From contig CAWAUV010000008.1 in assembly GCA_963785305.1 (NCBI GenBank), forward strand, positions 1,472,001 to 1,536,000: DNA of 64,000 nucleotides. The letters run 5' to 3'. This document shows positions 20,500-33,600 of this stretch, one piece after another (positions within the stretch are counted from its first letter, which is position 1; the number at the start of each line of letters is the position of its first letter). The notes under the pieces were generated by a model, which worked only from the letters and a program-made list of their open reading frames with translations, ran no database searches and was not told where the DNA came from. The position numbers were made by a program, and so were the translations under genes. Source of the stretch: an uncultured Planctomycetaceae bacterium. Its GTDB lineage: Bacteria > Planctomycetota > Planctomycetia > Pirellulales > PALSA-1355.

Positions 20500-22129
20500 T
20501 CACGACCGGTCGGCCTTTGCCTTCATGTCTTGACCCCAGTTCGTGTGGTCGGGGCCGGGCCAGGGGTCGACGAAAGCTCGCTCCGCCCAGGCGTTCCAGG
20601 CGGCTTCCATCTGCTTCACGCGGTCGGGCTCGGCGCTCGCCAAGTCGTGCTGCTCGGTGCGGTCGGCATCGAGATCGTACAGCTCCCAGGGGCCGTGCCA
20701 TTTTTGCACCAGCTTCCATCGGCCATCGCGCACCGCTTTGTTGCCTTCATGCTCCCAAAAGATCGGCTGCTTGCGATCGAGCGAATCGCCCGCGAAGGCA
20801 GGCGCAAGGCTCACGCCCTCTTTCGGCAAGATCGCGTGGCCGTGATACTCGGTCGGATAGGTGGCGCCGGCCAGATCGACCGCCGTGGCCATCAGGTCGA
20901 CCAGATGCGCCGGTTGCTTTTCCAGCTTGCCGCGCCGCTCGGCCGGAATGCCCTTGGGCCAATAGGCGATAAACGGCGAACTGATGCCGCCTTCGTGCGT
21001 GAAATGCTTGTACCGGCGAAAGGGCGTATTGGCGGCCGTGGCCCAATTCATGCCCAAGAGCACATGCGATTGCGGGCCGCCGATCGGACCTTCGCCTTGC
21101 GTGACGCCCGGCGGACCGCCCTCGGCGTTGCCGCCGTTGTCGCTCAAAAAAACGATCAAGGTATTGTCGAGCACGCCGCGCTCCTTGAGCCCATCGACCA
21201 ACCGGCCGGTGCTGGCGTCGAGCGCTTCGATCATTCCCGCATAGGCGGCCATGATCTGGTCGAAGCGTTGCTTGCGATCCTCGGCCCGCGTGTCCCAGGC
21301 CGGCGAATCGTCGGGCCGCGGCGAGAGCGGCCAGCGTGCATCGACAACGCCCAATTCAATCTGCTTGGCATGCCGCCGCTCGCGGAGCACATCCCAGCCG
21401 ATCATGTACTTGCCGCGATTGCGGGCAATCAGGTCGGCCGGCGCGGAGCGGAAAATGCACCGTGCCTTGTGGCAGATAGAGGAAGAACGGTTTGTCTTCA
21501 GCCCGCGCTTCGTCGATGAATTTCAGTCCCCAATCGACGAACAGATCGGTCGAATACCAATCGTGGCCTAGTTCGGGCGAGTCCTTGGCCATTTCGCGGC
21601 CATTGAGATAGAGCTTATCCGTGCCGGGCTTATCGGCTTCATGCGGAAAATACACTTCGCCGAAGCGAGAATTGAGCGAGCGCGTGAAGCCGCGCTCCCA
21701 GGGCGGAGTGCCGTTTTGTTGGCCGAGATGCCACTTGCCACACATCGCGGTGAAGTAACCGGCCTCGCGAAGCACTTCGGCGATGGTGACTGCCCGGGGC
21801 ATGAGCTTGCCATGAAAGCCGCGCGATCCGGCCACGACCATGTTGTCGAGCCAGCCGAGGCCGGCTTCGTGGGGATAGAGCCCGGTGAGCAGCGCGGCGC
21901 GGGTGGGGCTACAGCGCGGCGTGTTGTAGAACTGGGTGAAGCGAAGCCCATCGGCGGCCAGGGCGTCGAGTCGCGGGGTGGGGATTTCGCCGCCGAAGCA
22001 ACCGATATCGGAGTACCCCATGTCGTCGGCGAGCACGATCACGATATTCGGCCGCTGCGCCGCGGCGGCGGCGATGCTGGCCCAACACACCGCGACGGCG
22101 CCCACCATGAAGCAACGAAGATGAAACAC
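20500..22129 (-). CDS. Arylsulfatase (AtsA-like); frameshift near 21440
   Basis: RPNIVIVLADDMGYSD, CSPTR, GKWHLG; C-terminal part LSDNGG, NTPFRRYKHFTHEGGI, WEHEGN. GGAGG-type RBS before the GTG at 22129. Confidence 0.93.
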
Positions 22130-22515
22130 CGAACCTCCCCTGATAGAAGCCAGAGTCAGAAATCGCGGCGCATTGCCGGCCGTCGTGAGAACGATCGCGG
22201 ACAGGCCATTTTCGCGATTTTCATGGTATCGAGCCGCCGCGCCGCCAGCAAGAAAAAAGCAAAACAAGCCTTTTCTTACTCGACACCACATTTCTCGGGC
22301 GCCGCGCCGAGAGCGCGGCATTTGCTTGCTAGCGCCGCGCATTTCTTGGAGAATCGCCTTGAACACGGGCAGCATCGCGCGCCGCGGTCCGGCCATGACC
22401 CTGGTTCGCCGGTTTCCGCTTCGCGCTGCCTCGCGCGAATCCCGCCCTGATTCCAAACGTCGCTCGCCCCTGCTTCTTCGATCCCTTCGATCTACTCACG
22501 CCCAGGAATGCTTCG

Positions 22516-25500
22516 ATGATTTGTCGTGCAAAGCTGCGATCGGCGCTCCCCGGCGCCGCGCTCGCGTGGCTCGTCGTTTGGTGTGGGTGTCGCGACGCCG
22601 CGGCCCAAACCCTGGATGACGCAATGGCGCCGGTCGCCAAAATCGCGCCGCTACCCGATGGCGTGGTCCGATTGTCGTTGTCCAACGCGGCCATGGTGCG
22701 GTGGAATGGAAAGCAAGCGACGTTGACCACCGACACGGATCGCCGCCTTGCGATCGATCAGGGCGTCGTCGCGCGCTGGAATGCCGACAACGAGCGCCCA
22801 ACGTGGTCGGTCACGATTCCGCGAGCCGGGGCGTATCGGGTTGTCGCGTTCCAGGCGACGCTGCCTGGTTACTCGGGCAGCGCCGTCATTCAGTTTTTGG
22901 GGGCGAAGCGGCAAGCGCTCAATGTCTCGTTTGAAGCGGCGACTCCCGCGCCGGCGCCGGGCCAAGAACAGCAATCCAATGTCGCGGCGTCCGCGAACGC
23001 GCCCACCGGTTTCGTGCCCGGCAGACCGAAGCCCGTGGAGCTTGGCGAGCTTGAACTGGCGCCGGGAGATGTGCTCGTTGAATATCGACCGACCACATGG
23101 AGCTCGCCGTTCGAGATCATTCGCTTGGCCGAGATTCGCTTGGTTCCGCTCGACGCTTTGCGGGCCTCGAGCCGCGCCGCCGCCGGACCACTGACTCGCG
23201 CGGGCGTCGACGCGCTGCCGGCCGTCAAGGCATGCGGCGATCGCGTGCTTGCGCTTCGCAAGGAAGTTGACGCCCTGAATCGCGAAACGCGCCGCCGCGA
23301 CTTCGGCGAGTTTCACGACTTCGATCAATTCCTGGCCTTCGATCGCTTACCCAGCCGGCTGCGCGAGGCCGAGCCGGCGCTCAAGGCGGCCAACCGCGAT
23401 TGGGAGCGACGCGGCTCGAAGCGGCGGAAACGTCGACCGAATTGCTCGCGAAACTCGATTCCAAGGAGCGCCAAGCGGTGGATGAATATATTCGCGCGGC
23501 CGAGGCCGTGAACGCCGCCGAGAGCCATGCTTATCGGCCCATGCGGACCGCGAGTCCGGCGAGCCCCGCGACGACTGGCGTGGAGCGGCGCCACACGCTG
23601 TTCCCCACGGGGCATTTCGAAACACTGCCGCCGCAAGCGATCGATGCCCGCCTGCCGCGGCGGGAATTGGCGCTCAACGCGCCGCCCGACCTTGCCGCGC
23701 GCCGCGGGCGATTTCGCGAGCGAAACTCGCCGGCGTCACTCAAGACGCTGTGCGCGCGACTGCGAAACGTGTTGATTCCGGGAACACCGGGACTGGAAGC
23801 GTTCGAGGAGCAATGCCGCCTGGGACACGCATCCGCGGCGCTTGAAGCCTATCGAGACTATTTCTTCGCCAAGCTGGCCGATCCCGAGTCGCATGGCGCC
23901 GTCACCGAAAACATTCTCTTCGAGTTGACTCGCGATCGTGGCAAGGGCGAGTTGCTGCTGCGACCAAGCGAGTTCGTGTTGGAAAAGAACATGAACGATT
24001 GGGCTGTCGCCCAAATCGACAAGGAAGTCGTGTTGGCCAAAGTGGGGCCACCGGGCGAAGCCGCTTGGGTTCCGCATGGTCTCGAGGTTCCCGCCGCCGC
24101 GGCGAACGATGGCCGCGTTCGCAAACACGCCTTTTGGCAAACGCCCGAAGGGAAAGACGCCTGGCGAACGCTCGAATACTTTCGGTCGATCAACTCGCTT
24201 CCCGGCGACCGCGCCGAGTTCTTTGGCGGCGGCATTTTCCCCGCCCTACTCGCATCGTATGCGATCGATGGCGATCGGCAACATTTGGCGCGATGGTGCG
24301 AATATCACGACGACTGGGCGATGAACGCCCGAAGCGACCAAGAGGCGTTTTCCATCGGCCTGCGCTGCGCCATGGACCTGGAAACCCAGTTTCCCCGCGC
24401 GACCTTGAACCTCTTGCGGATCGTGCTCGATGAGCGACCGGCAATGGCCCGGGAATTCGACGCTCCGTCGTTGGCCCGGCTCATCATGGCGCTCGTCGTC
24501 GACGCGGCTCCCTACACGATACGCGCGCGCTGCGCCGAAATGGCCAACTGGGGCATCATGGGCCTCGGCCATCAATTGCATCTCGGCCGCTTTCTCCATG
24601 AATTCAAGGCCATGGACTACTTCAACCGCGAGGCATGGCGCCTTTGGAACGCCAACATGATTCAGCATCGCACGCTCGACGGCGAAAATATCGAAGCCTG
24701 GGACGATGGCCATAATTGGGTAACAATCGAATTCAGCGAGGACAGCGTGCCCTACGCCCGCTTGCCAAAAGGCGTCGACGCGCTCGACCTTACCTTGTTC
24801 TGGGACAATTCGCGGATTGACCAGCGCTCGAAACTAACGCACATCGGCCCGCCAGGAACCTATTGGCCAAGCTGGGAGAATCACCCAATGCCCAGCCGCA
24901 ACACAATCCATCGCTACTATCGCCCGGGCCCCACGAATCGCCACGGCTTCGATCTGATCGAGAAGGAACCGGGCGCCCAAAGCCGCATTGAAACCCTGAT
25001 CGGCGCGGGCCGGCCCGCTTCCGGCCGTTTGCCCGAGGTGTGTTCCGATCTTTCGCCCTATGGCTCGATGGCCTATCTGCGCGAAAGCTGGAGCCCCGAC
25101 GCCGATTACTTCGTGCTCCAAAATGTGCCGGTTCGCAGTCAGTCGCAAGAAGATTGTTCCCGCACCATGTATAGCCTGGCGAAAAACGATCGGGTTCTCG
25201 TCGAAGCACATGGCTTGGTGGTCGATCGCAAGCCCGACAATCGATATCAAGACGCGGTGCGAACGGGCGGCAAGACCGACTATTGCGGCGAGGCCGGCCG
25301 CCATGTTCGCCCGGAGCGATTTCACACCTCGCCGTATTTCGATTTTGCCGAAGCGCAACAAGACTCGCCCTATGCGTTGCACCGGCTCAGCCATGGCGAC
25401 GCATATGGTCTCTATCGCCAGGCGCTGCCGCGGCCCGACCCCGAGCCGATTCGCGATGTGACGGTGCTGCGGCAGGTGTTCGGCCCGCGGGGCGCGGGAC

Positions 25501-27117
25501 TATGGATCGTTTGCGATCGGATCGAAAACCGCGGCAGCCAAGAGCGAGAATACGCGCAGTTTTTTACATTGCCCGCGCGGATCGAAGCGAACGGTTTTGC
25601 CGACCGCGTGCGACTGCTTGCCGCGGCCGGGGCGCCGCTGGTGGAGGTCGACCCCCAGCGCCGCCGGATTCGTGGGGTGAGTCCCGGCTTCGAAAATGCC
25701 TCGCTGTATTGTTTTTCGCCGAGCGAATTGACGTTTGCCAATGTGCTCGGCGCGACTCGCGAACATCAAGCGTTGGCCGATTCGCCGCTGCGCGCGTCCA
25801 AACCCAACTCCACCAAGGCAAAACGCCCGACGAGCTTGTCAAAAAGCCGCTGAAGCATCCCGTTTCCGTGCATTGGCGCGGCGCGGGCAATCAACTGTTC
25901 ATCGCGGCGATCGTCTCGCGACCGGCCGAAGGCGCCATGGCGCGGCAATTGGCCGCCGAGCCAAGGTCTGTCGAGCAACAAACGGGCCCCGAGGGCGTGC
26001 TGGGCTGTCGAATCGTGACCCATTCGGGGCTCGAAGTCTGGTTTGCCAGCGGCCCAAACGTCGAGAATCGCCTGGAGTGCGGCCCCATGACCGCTGTCGC
26101 GGAATCGCTGCTCGTGGCCCAAAACCCGGGCGGCCAGCCGCGCGGCGTGGCGCTCGGATGCAAGTCGCTTAAATTCAACGAGCGGCCGGTGGAGCTCGCC
26201 AATGCCGACTTCGAGTTCTCTCTCGATCCCAACGGCGTCGTGGCCCAAGAGCCGATCAGGCGCCCAATCGACACGGTCCGCATTTTACCCGAACAGAATG
26301 TCTTCACGGAGCGAGCCGAGATCGCGTTTGAATTATCGGCGGGCGAGCGACGCGATGTCGAATTTCGTTACACGCTCGACGGGCAAGAGCCCACATCGAG
26401 CTCGCCGCGATACACCGCGCCAATCGCCATCGACAAAACGACCTTGGTGAAGGTCAGGCCATTTCGCCAGGGATTGACCACAACGCCCTGGTCGTTTGGC
26501 GGCGTCGAGAGCGGCCGGACCGTGGGAGCTATTTTCCGGAAGCGAGCGCCGCTGCCGGCCATCGCCGCGCCGCGCGTTGCCTCGCGGCCAGGGCTTGCCT
26601 ACGAATACTACGAAGGCGACTGGCCGACGCTCCTAAGCTACGCCGCATATCCCGGAACCCTGGAGCCCAAGGCCGGCGGGACCTTAATGAACCTCTTCGA
26701 GTCGAGCGAGCTCGAAAGAATCCGCGCGACCGACCGGGCATTTGCGCTGCGCTGCGATGGCTTGGTCGACATTCCCACGGCCGGCGTTTACACGCTCCAT
26801 GCCCCAACGCATCTCCACACTCCGACGATGGACGCCGGGTTCGACTTGCGCGTGTTTCTCGATGGCGAGGAATGGATGCCATGTCCCGGGCTCCACTCCG
26901 AACACGCTTGGAGCATTCCGCTCGCGGCGGGACTGCATCGCTTGCGAGTCGCGTATACCGACTACCGCTGGCGAACGTTTCGCAACGATTACTGGATGGC
27001 TTGGCAACCCGAGGAAATCTGGCAAGGCGCGCCGTGCTGGAAATCGCCGGCCCGGGCCTCGAGCGGCAAGCCCTGCCGAACGCGTGGCTGCGCCACGAGG
27101 AGCACACGGAGAAGTAA
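22516..27117 (+). CDS. Large secreted protein: CBM-like N-domain, heparinase II/III-like core, Fn3-associated (chitobiase C-terminal-like) domain, PA14-like domain; at least 3 frameshifts
   Basis: Fragments 22516-23511, 23400-25853, ~25800-27040 and ~27030-27117. MANWGIMG, PYGSMAYLRESW, RQVF..WIVCDRI resemble heparinase II/III; FRYTLDGQEPT..SPRYT is Fn3-associated; GLAYEYYEG...G.V.IP.AGVYT is PA14-like. Confidence 0.65.
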
Positions 27118-27166
27118 ACCGCGATCACTCGCTCGCGGAAAATGGCCGCCGATGACGAAGCGTTCG

Positions 27167-29013
27167 TCATTTTCCGCCGGCGGAGGGCTTTTCCTTGGCC
27201 TCTTGCTCGGCGAGGGCCGCTTTGAACACTTTGAGTTGCCGTTCGATCGAGGCGCTGCTCGGTTCGAGCTGGGAGGCTTCGGTTTGATATTTCACGGCGC
27301 TCGCGTAGTCGCGCTTGGCGTAGTAGCAGTGGGCTAGCGTGTCCAGATAACCGCCCGCGTGGCGAAGCTCGACCGACTTGTGCGACATGCGGATCGCTTC
27401 GTCGATATCGCCCTCGGTGTTGGCCACGAGCCAGGCGAGTTGATTGTAGCCGTTGGGATCCGCGGGATTTTGCTGGGTCTGGCGGCGGGTTTCATCGACG
27501 ACTTGCCGAATCGTCTCGCGCAGTTTCTTGCGGCGATCGGCATCGAGCGGCAGCCGATACATCGAGATCAGCACATCGACATCGGTGCTGTCCTCGGCCA
27601 AGGCTTTTTCCAAAAGCGGAAGCGACTCGCTGGTTTGGCCGCGCTTGCGAAGGTCCTCGGCCATGAAGAAATACAATCGCGACCGCATCGCGTCGGGACT
27701 GCGGCTCGGCAGCCGCTGGGCAAAGCGGAGCACGGCCATGTCGCTATCCATCTTGTCGATCGCTTCCTTGAGCACCTGGGCCGCTTCTTTATCGCGCTGG
27801 CGGTCATGCAGATTCTCGCTCAACTGATAGCGCGCCAAGAGGCCCACGCCGGCGACTTCGTTGGCCCAGCCGAGGCTCATCACATGGCGAAATTCGTCGT
27901 CGGCCCAGTCGATCATGCCGCGCTTCTGAAGCGTAAAACCGATTTGCAAGTGCTCGAGGGCCTTGTCCGGATCGATGAGAACTCGCCTTGCGGGCCATTT
28001 CCTTGGCGAGCGCCGACTTGCCGCCCGCGAGATAAGCCTGGGCCAGCGAATAGAGCAACTCGGGCTCGGCGGCGAAATTGGACTCGAAGCGCTTCGCCAC
28101 CTCGTCGATCGATTGCCAGTCCTTGCGCGGTGAGCCACTTGAGCAATTCGCCGAGCGATTCGTTTTCGCCGCGATCGAGCTCGATCACCCGCTTCACCAG
28201 GGCCGAGGCCTCGTCGCCGCGGCCAAGCCGATCGAGCAGATCGATCTCCTGCTCCAGCAGCGCTTCGACGAGCGAATTGCGCGTGAGCTGCGGATGATGT
28301 TCGAGCGTGTCCTGCTCCGCCGAAACCCATTGCCGCCAATCGATCAGGGCGCCGTTCGGATCGTCGTGCGAACGCACATAGGCCCGCAACCAATGGGCGG
28401 GCGCCCGAGTGCTGCGATCGACGCCGAGAGAATCTTGGTCGAACGTTTGGCCCAATCATTGTCGGGCGGGGCCGGCGCGAAGCACCAGCGCGGCCGCTTG
28501 CTTGGAAAGCACCTGCGACGCCTCGAACCGCGCCATGCGGCAGAGCGGGCCGATGCCCTCGTCGGCGGGCAACTGGCTCAGCTCCTTGAGCTTTTCGAGC
28601 CGGCCTTTTTCATCGCCGTTTTCATAGTTTTGCAACACCTCTTTCACTTGGGCCGAGTCCGACTCTTGAATCCATTCGACGCGAATCAATCGCACCAGAT
28701 AACGCGCCTGGGTGGCGATCTCGACATCGTCGCTGTCTTCGGCCGCGCTCAAGGAATCGAAGGCCGCGGCGCCCAGCCGAGTGAGCTCGCGCTGGGCTCG
28801 CTGGCGGACGACGAATCGGTCGTCGCCCAGCTCGGCAATCAGCCGGCTAATCTGGCGATCTTCGTCGTCCGGGGCTTTTTCCGCGGCGCCGTTTTCGGCC
28901 CGCGCGAAAGTCGGCCCCCCGAGGCCGCAGCCCCAAAAACCGACGGCCGCGACCAGCGCGGCCAACAACTCGCCCCCGGCAGTCCAGACGCACAACGCAT
29001 TTTTTCGATCCAT
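27167..29013 (-). CDS. Secreted HEAT/TPR-repeat protein; several frameshifts
   Basis: LIAELGDDRFVVRQRAQRELTRLG (Planctomycete HEAT-like); YNQLAWLVAN, YLDTLAHCYYAKRDYASAVKYQ (TPR). Confidence 0.8.
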
Positions 29014-29390
29014 AGCGTGCAACTCGATCGAGAGAGGAATTCCCGAATACCCCGGGGCGGGCCCCCCCTGGCCGCGCCCATCCCAAGTTCAGCATAGCCG
29101 AGCCATTTGCCCGCTCGCAAGTTTTTCCTTCTTTCCGAACCCGCGGAAGCCCTTTGGCGGAGACGGAAGGACCAGCGGCTTTCCTGGACTTCCCAGCCTT
29201 CGCATTCTGGCGTCCGTGGTCCATTCGCGCCAACTGGCCGGGCAAACCCACATAGCCGCACTTACGCGATTGCGTTAGACTTTGGCCACATGCTGAAATT
29301 CGCCACCGCTTCTGGCGCCACTATTCGCTCGCAATGATGGCGGCGGGGAACGCGGCTCGGCGACTCACCGACCGACGGGAGCGTTGCCCC

Positions 29391-30618
29391 ATGCCGATTC
29401 GCCCTTTCAACTTTATCCATGCCAGCGATCTGCACCTGGAGCGCCCCCCCTCGGGCGTGGAAGAAATTCCCGAACACCTGCGGAGCGCGTTTGTCGACTG
29501 CGCCTATCGCGCCGCCGAGCGAGTGTTCGACGCCGCGCTCGCCACGCCAGCCGACTTCCTACTACTCTCGGGCGATGTGCTCGATCCCGATCTCACCGGC
29601 CCGCGCGGCTATGTGTTTCTGGCTGACCAGTTCGCGAGGCTGGCGGCCAAGAATATCGCCGTCTATTGGGCCGGCGGCCGATCGGATCATGTCGACCTTT
29701 GGCCGAGCGGGCTCGACTTGCCCGACAATGTGCATCTCTTCCCCCGCTCGCAGATCGGCCGCATCGTGCATCGCCGCGACGACGAGCCGCTGGCCCTGCT
29801 GCTGGGCCTCAGCCGCCAAGAACGCAAACGCATCCGCCCCGCCGAATTCGCCGGCGAAGACGAAATGCCATTTAGCATCGCGGTTTGCTACGGCTTGGCC
29901 GAAGGCGAAACCCTGGCCGGCCGCGGCATTCAATATTGGGCGCTCGGCGGCGAACACGAGCGTCGCTCGCTTGGCGCCGCGCCGCTGGTGGCGCATTACC
30001 CCGGCACTCCGCAAGGCCGCCGACCGAAGGAAACCGGCCCGCGCGGTTGCACCAGCGTGCATGTCGACGAGCAAGCGCGCGTGCGCACCACTTTTGTCGC
30101 CACCGACGCGCTCCGCTGGCAAAACGAACGCATTTTGGTCACCGCCCACACGAGCCGCGATCAGCTCGAGCGCCAACTGCGCGAGCGAGCGTCGGCCCTG
30201 TGGGCGCGGGCCTGGGGCCCGATATGCTCGTCACCTGGACCGTGGCGGGCTCGCCTTGGCTGGCGGCGAAGCTCCGCTGGGGTTCGCTCGAAAACGATCT
30301 ACTGGCCCGCTTGCGAAATGAATTCGGCAATCGTCGCCCGGCGCTCTGGAGCGTGGCGATCGTGCCCGACACCGATGTCGAGTTGCCCTCGAGTTGGCGC
30401 GAGCAGGAGAGTTTGCTGGGCGACATGTTGCGTTCGCTCAAGGAGCGTTCGGCGGCCGACACACCGCCGGAACTGCGTTCTTTACTCGGCGAGCGCCAGG
30501 CGCGGGCGCGCTCGGCGCGGCGGTGTCGCTAGACGATCCGGTCGAACGGCGTCGCGCGTTTGAAGACGCGGCGCTACTGGCCGTCGAAATGCTCAGCCAT
30601 GAGGAGTCGGCGAAGTGA
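29391..30618 (+). CDS. YhaO/SbcD-like metallophosphoesterase; frameshifts
   Basis: FIHASDLHLE, LLLSGDVLD, YWALG, YPGTPQGR..E.GPRG; stop overlaps the start of the next gene (GTGA). Confidence 0.85.
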
Positions 30619-33600
30619 ATATCAGCGATGTCGAGATCGAGGGCTTCGGCGTTTGGCGTTCCTTGCGACTCAACGGTTTCTCGGACCGGCTGACCGTCAT
30701 CCACGGACCCAACGAAGCCGGCAAAACCACCCTGCTCCAGTTCGTGCGAGCCATGCTCTATGGCTTTTCCGACGAACGCCGCGCTCGCTATCTGCCGCCG
30801 GTCGATGGTGGAACGGCAGGCGGCCGACTGCAACTGCGCACCGTGGCCGGGCCACTATTCGTCTCGCGCCATGATCGCGGCGATGGCGATAAATCGGGCG
30901 CCGAGGGCGAGGTGATCCTTTCGGCCCGGTCCGGCGGACCGCCCAGCGGTCGCTCGCTGATCGAGCTTCTCGGCGGAATCGACGAATCGACATTCAATCA
31001 TGTGTTCGCCATTGGCCTGCGCGAAATGCAGCAATTGGGCACGCTCACCGACACCCAGGCCGCGCACTGGCTCTACGATCTGACGCTCGGCGTCGACCAT
31101 GTGTCGCTGGCCGATGTGATGGAGCGGCTCGAAACCTGGCGCGGGCGGATCATCACTCCCGAAGTTCATGGCGAAGAGCCGATCACGAACGAACAAGAGC
31201 GGCTCGCCTGGCTCGACCATCGCACGCTCGAGGAGCAGCAGCACCACGCCCATCACCACGCGCATCACCACGATCCGTCCGGCGGTGAACACGCGGCGCC
31301 CTTCGAGCGCCCGGCCTCGATCGAGCGCTATGCCCAGGTGCAACATCTGCTCGCTCGTAAACATCAACTCAAGACCGAGATCGAAGACCTGCGTGGGCTC
31401 ACGGTGCGCTGTTCGAATCGGCCGAAAGCGCCCGCCACTTGAGCGCCGCGATCGACACCCTACAACAAGCCGACGGCGCGCTCGAGCGCCGGCTCTGGCT
31501 CGCGAGCATGGCCCGCTCGCTGGCCGACAAATGGCATGCCCGCGCGGCGCTTGGTCAGCAATTGGCGGCGCTGGGCGATGTGCGGCCGCTGCCCGAAGGC
31601 AGCGTCGAAAAATATCATGAACTGCGAACTCGCGAACTGGCCTATGGCGCCCGAGTGCGCAAGCTGCGGGCCCGCCGGGCTCAGCTGCGCAAGGAGAGCG
31701 AGGCGGTCGAGGTCAACGAAAACCTTTGCCGGCAAGGTCCGCGGCTCGAGGCGCTCAATGAACAACAGCCGTGGCTGGCGTTTTTGGGCGAACAGGTGCG
31801 TTCGCTCGACGAACAGATCGCCGCCCATGAGCTCAAGCACGAAGCCGAACACAAGCGCTGGATCGAAATCATCGGCAAGCGCGGCGACGGCAAGCTACCG
31901 GCCACCACGCCGCGGCAGTTCGACAATCTGCAAGCCGCCGCCCGCCAGCTCGCGGCTCATCGCAAGGCCCACGCCGAGGCCCGCGACGCGGCCAAGAATC
32001 ATCATCGTTCGGCCAAGGACGCCAAGGGCAACATGGAAAACGCCCTCGGCGAAAAGTCGGACGAAGATGTCAACACCCTCGTGGCCAACGCCGGCGACCT
32101 CGTCACGCGACTCCGCCGCCGCGTGCAAATCGACGAACGGCTCGATGTCACTGCCCGCAAGCTCCGCGAGCTCGAAGCCAATAGCCAGGAGTGGCTCGGC
32201 AAGCAGATGCTCCCCGGCTGGGTGCTGGTGGGCTTGGGCGCGGTAATCGTGATCGGTCTGGTGTTTTTCATGGCCGGGCGCTGGCGATGATCGGCTTCTT
32301 TTCCGCGTCGGTCGTCGGCGGGTCGGGCTTGTCGCTGGTGCTGCTGGGCGTGGTGGGCGCCGGAGCGGCCGGTGTGACGAAGTACCACCTGGAGAACTAC
32401 GCGTCGCAGCAACTTGTCACGGCCCACAATCAGATTCGCGCGTTGCAACATGAGCGCAAGGACCTGACCGAGGAGCGCGATTCGCTCGACGCGCTCTTGC
32501 CGCGCGGAGGCGGAGGCGCTCGTTTCTCGCTTGCAGGCCGCCGAAAAAGAACTGGCCGAGCTCGAAAAGCTGATGCCGCTCGCCGGCCACGCCGCCACGG
32601 TCAAACGCGCCGCCACCGATGCCCGCGAGCGCCACGCCGCGGCCCGGTCCGCGCACCACGAAACACGCCAGCGGTGGCGGAAAGCGCTCAAGGAAGCCGG
32701 CCTGCCCGACACGCTCAAGCCCAGCCAGGTGCAACACTTCCGCCGCCACGCCAAACAAAGCCAAGCCACGAACCAGGCGCTCGAGGCGCTGCGGGCCCAA
32801 TCGCAAGAGCGTCGCAAAGCCTACGATAGCCTCACGCAGCGCATTGCCCAACTCGCCGCCGAAGTAGGCTTCAAAAGCGCCGCCACCGATCCCGTGGCCA
32901 AGCTCCGCGAACTGCTCGCCGAGCTCAATGGCCAACGCGCGAAATTCGAGCGCCGCGAAGCGCTCGTCGGCGAGGCCCGCGCCGCGCATCGCCGGCTCGG
33001 CCGCGCCGTGCGCCGCTTGGCTCGGGTGCATGATCTGGCCGAGCGCCATTTGGCCGATCTTCGTTTGGCCAATGCCGGCGAACTCGAGTGGCGAGTCGAG
33101 CAGCTCAAGGAAGTCGATCGCCTCGAAGGCGAGATCGCCGCGCTGACCGAGGATATCGTCGGCGCGCTGCATGGCCGCGCGTTCGAGAGCGATATCAAGT
33201 CGATTCTCGACGGCGACACCGATCCGGCGCATTTGGAAAAAGAGATCGCCAAGGAACGCGCCGCCGGTCGCGCGAGGCTCGAACAACTCTTCGAGCAACG
33301 CGGCCAAGTGCGCGAACAGCTCAAGAGCCTGGCCGCCGACACGCGATTGGCCGAAAAACAGGTCGAACTGGCGGTGATCGAAACGCGTCTCGAACGGGCC
33401 ATCGAGCGGTGGCGCGTGCTCGGCCTCTGCTCGCAAGTGCTCGAAGCGGTGCGCGAAGTCTACGAACGCGATCGGCAACCGGCCGCCTTGCGCGAAGCCT
33501 CGACCTATCTGGCCCGACTCACCGGCGGACGCTACCGCCGAGTGTGGACACCGCTCGGGCACCGCGTGCTGCGGGTCGATGATGCTCGCGGCCGCGCCTT

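Noticed and set aside
22314..22332. Sigma54 promoter (CGGCATTTGCTTGCT) between the sulfatase and the lyase-like gene
   Set aside because: GG-GC spacing is 9 nt rather than the required 10.
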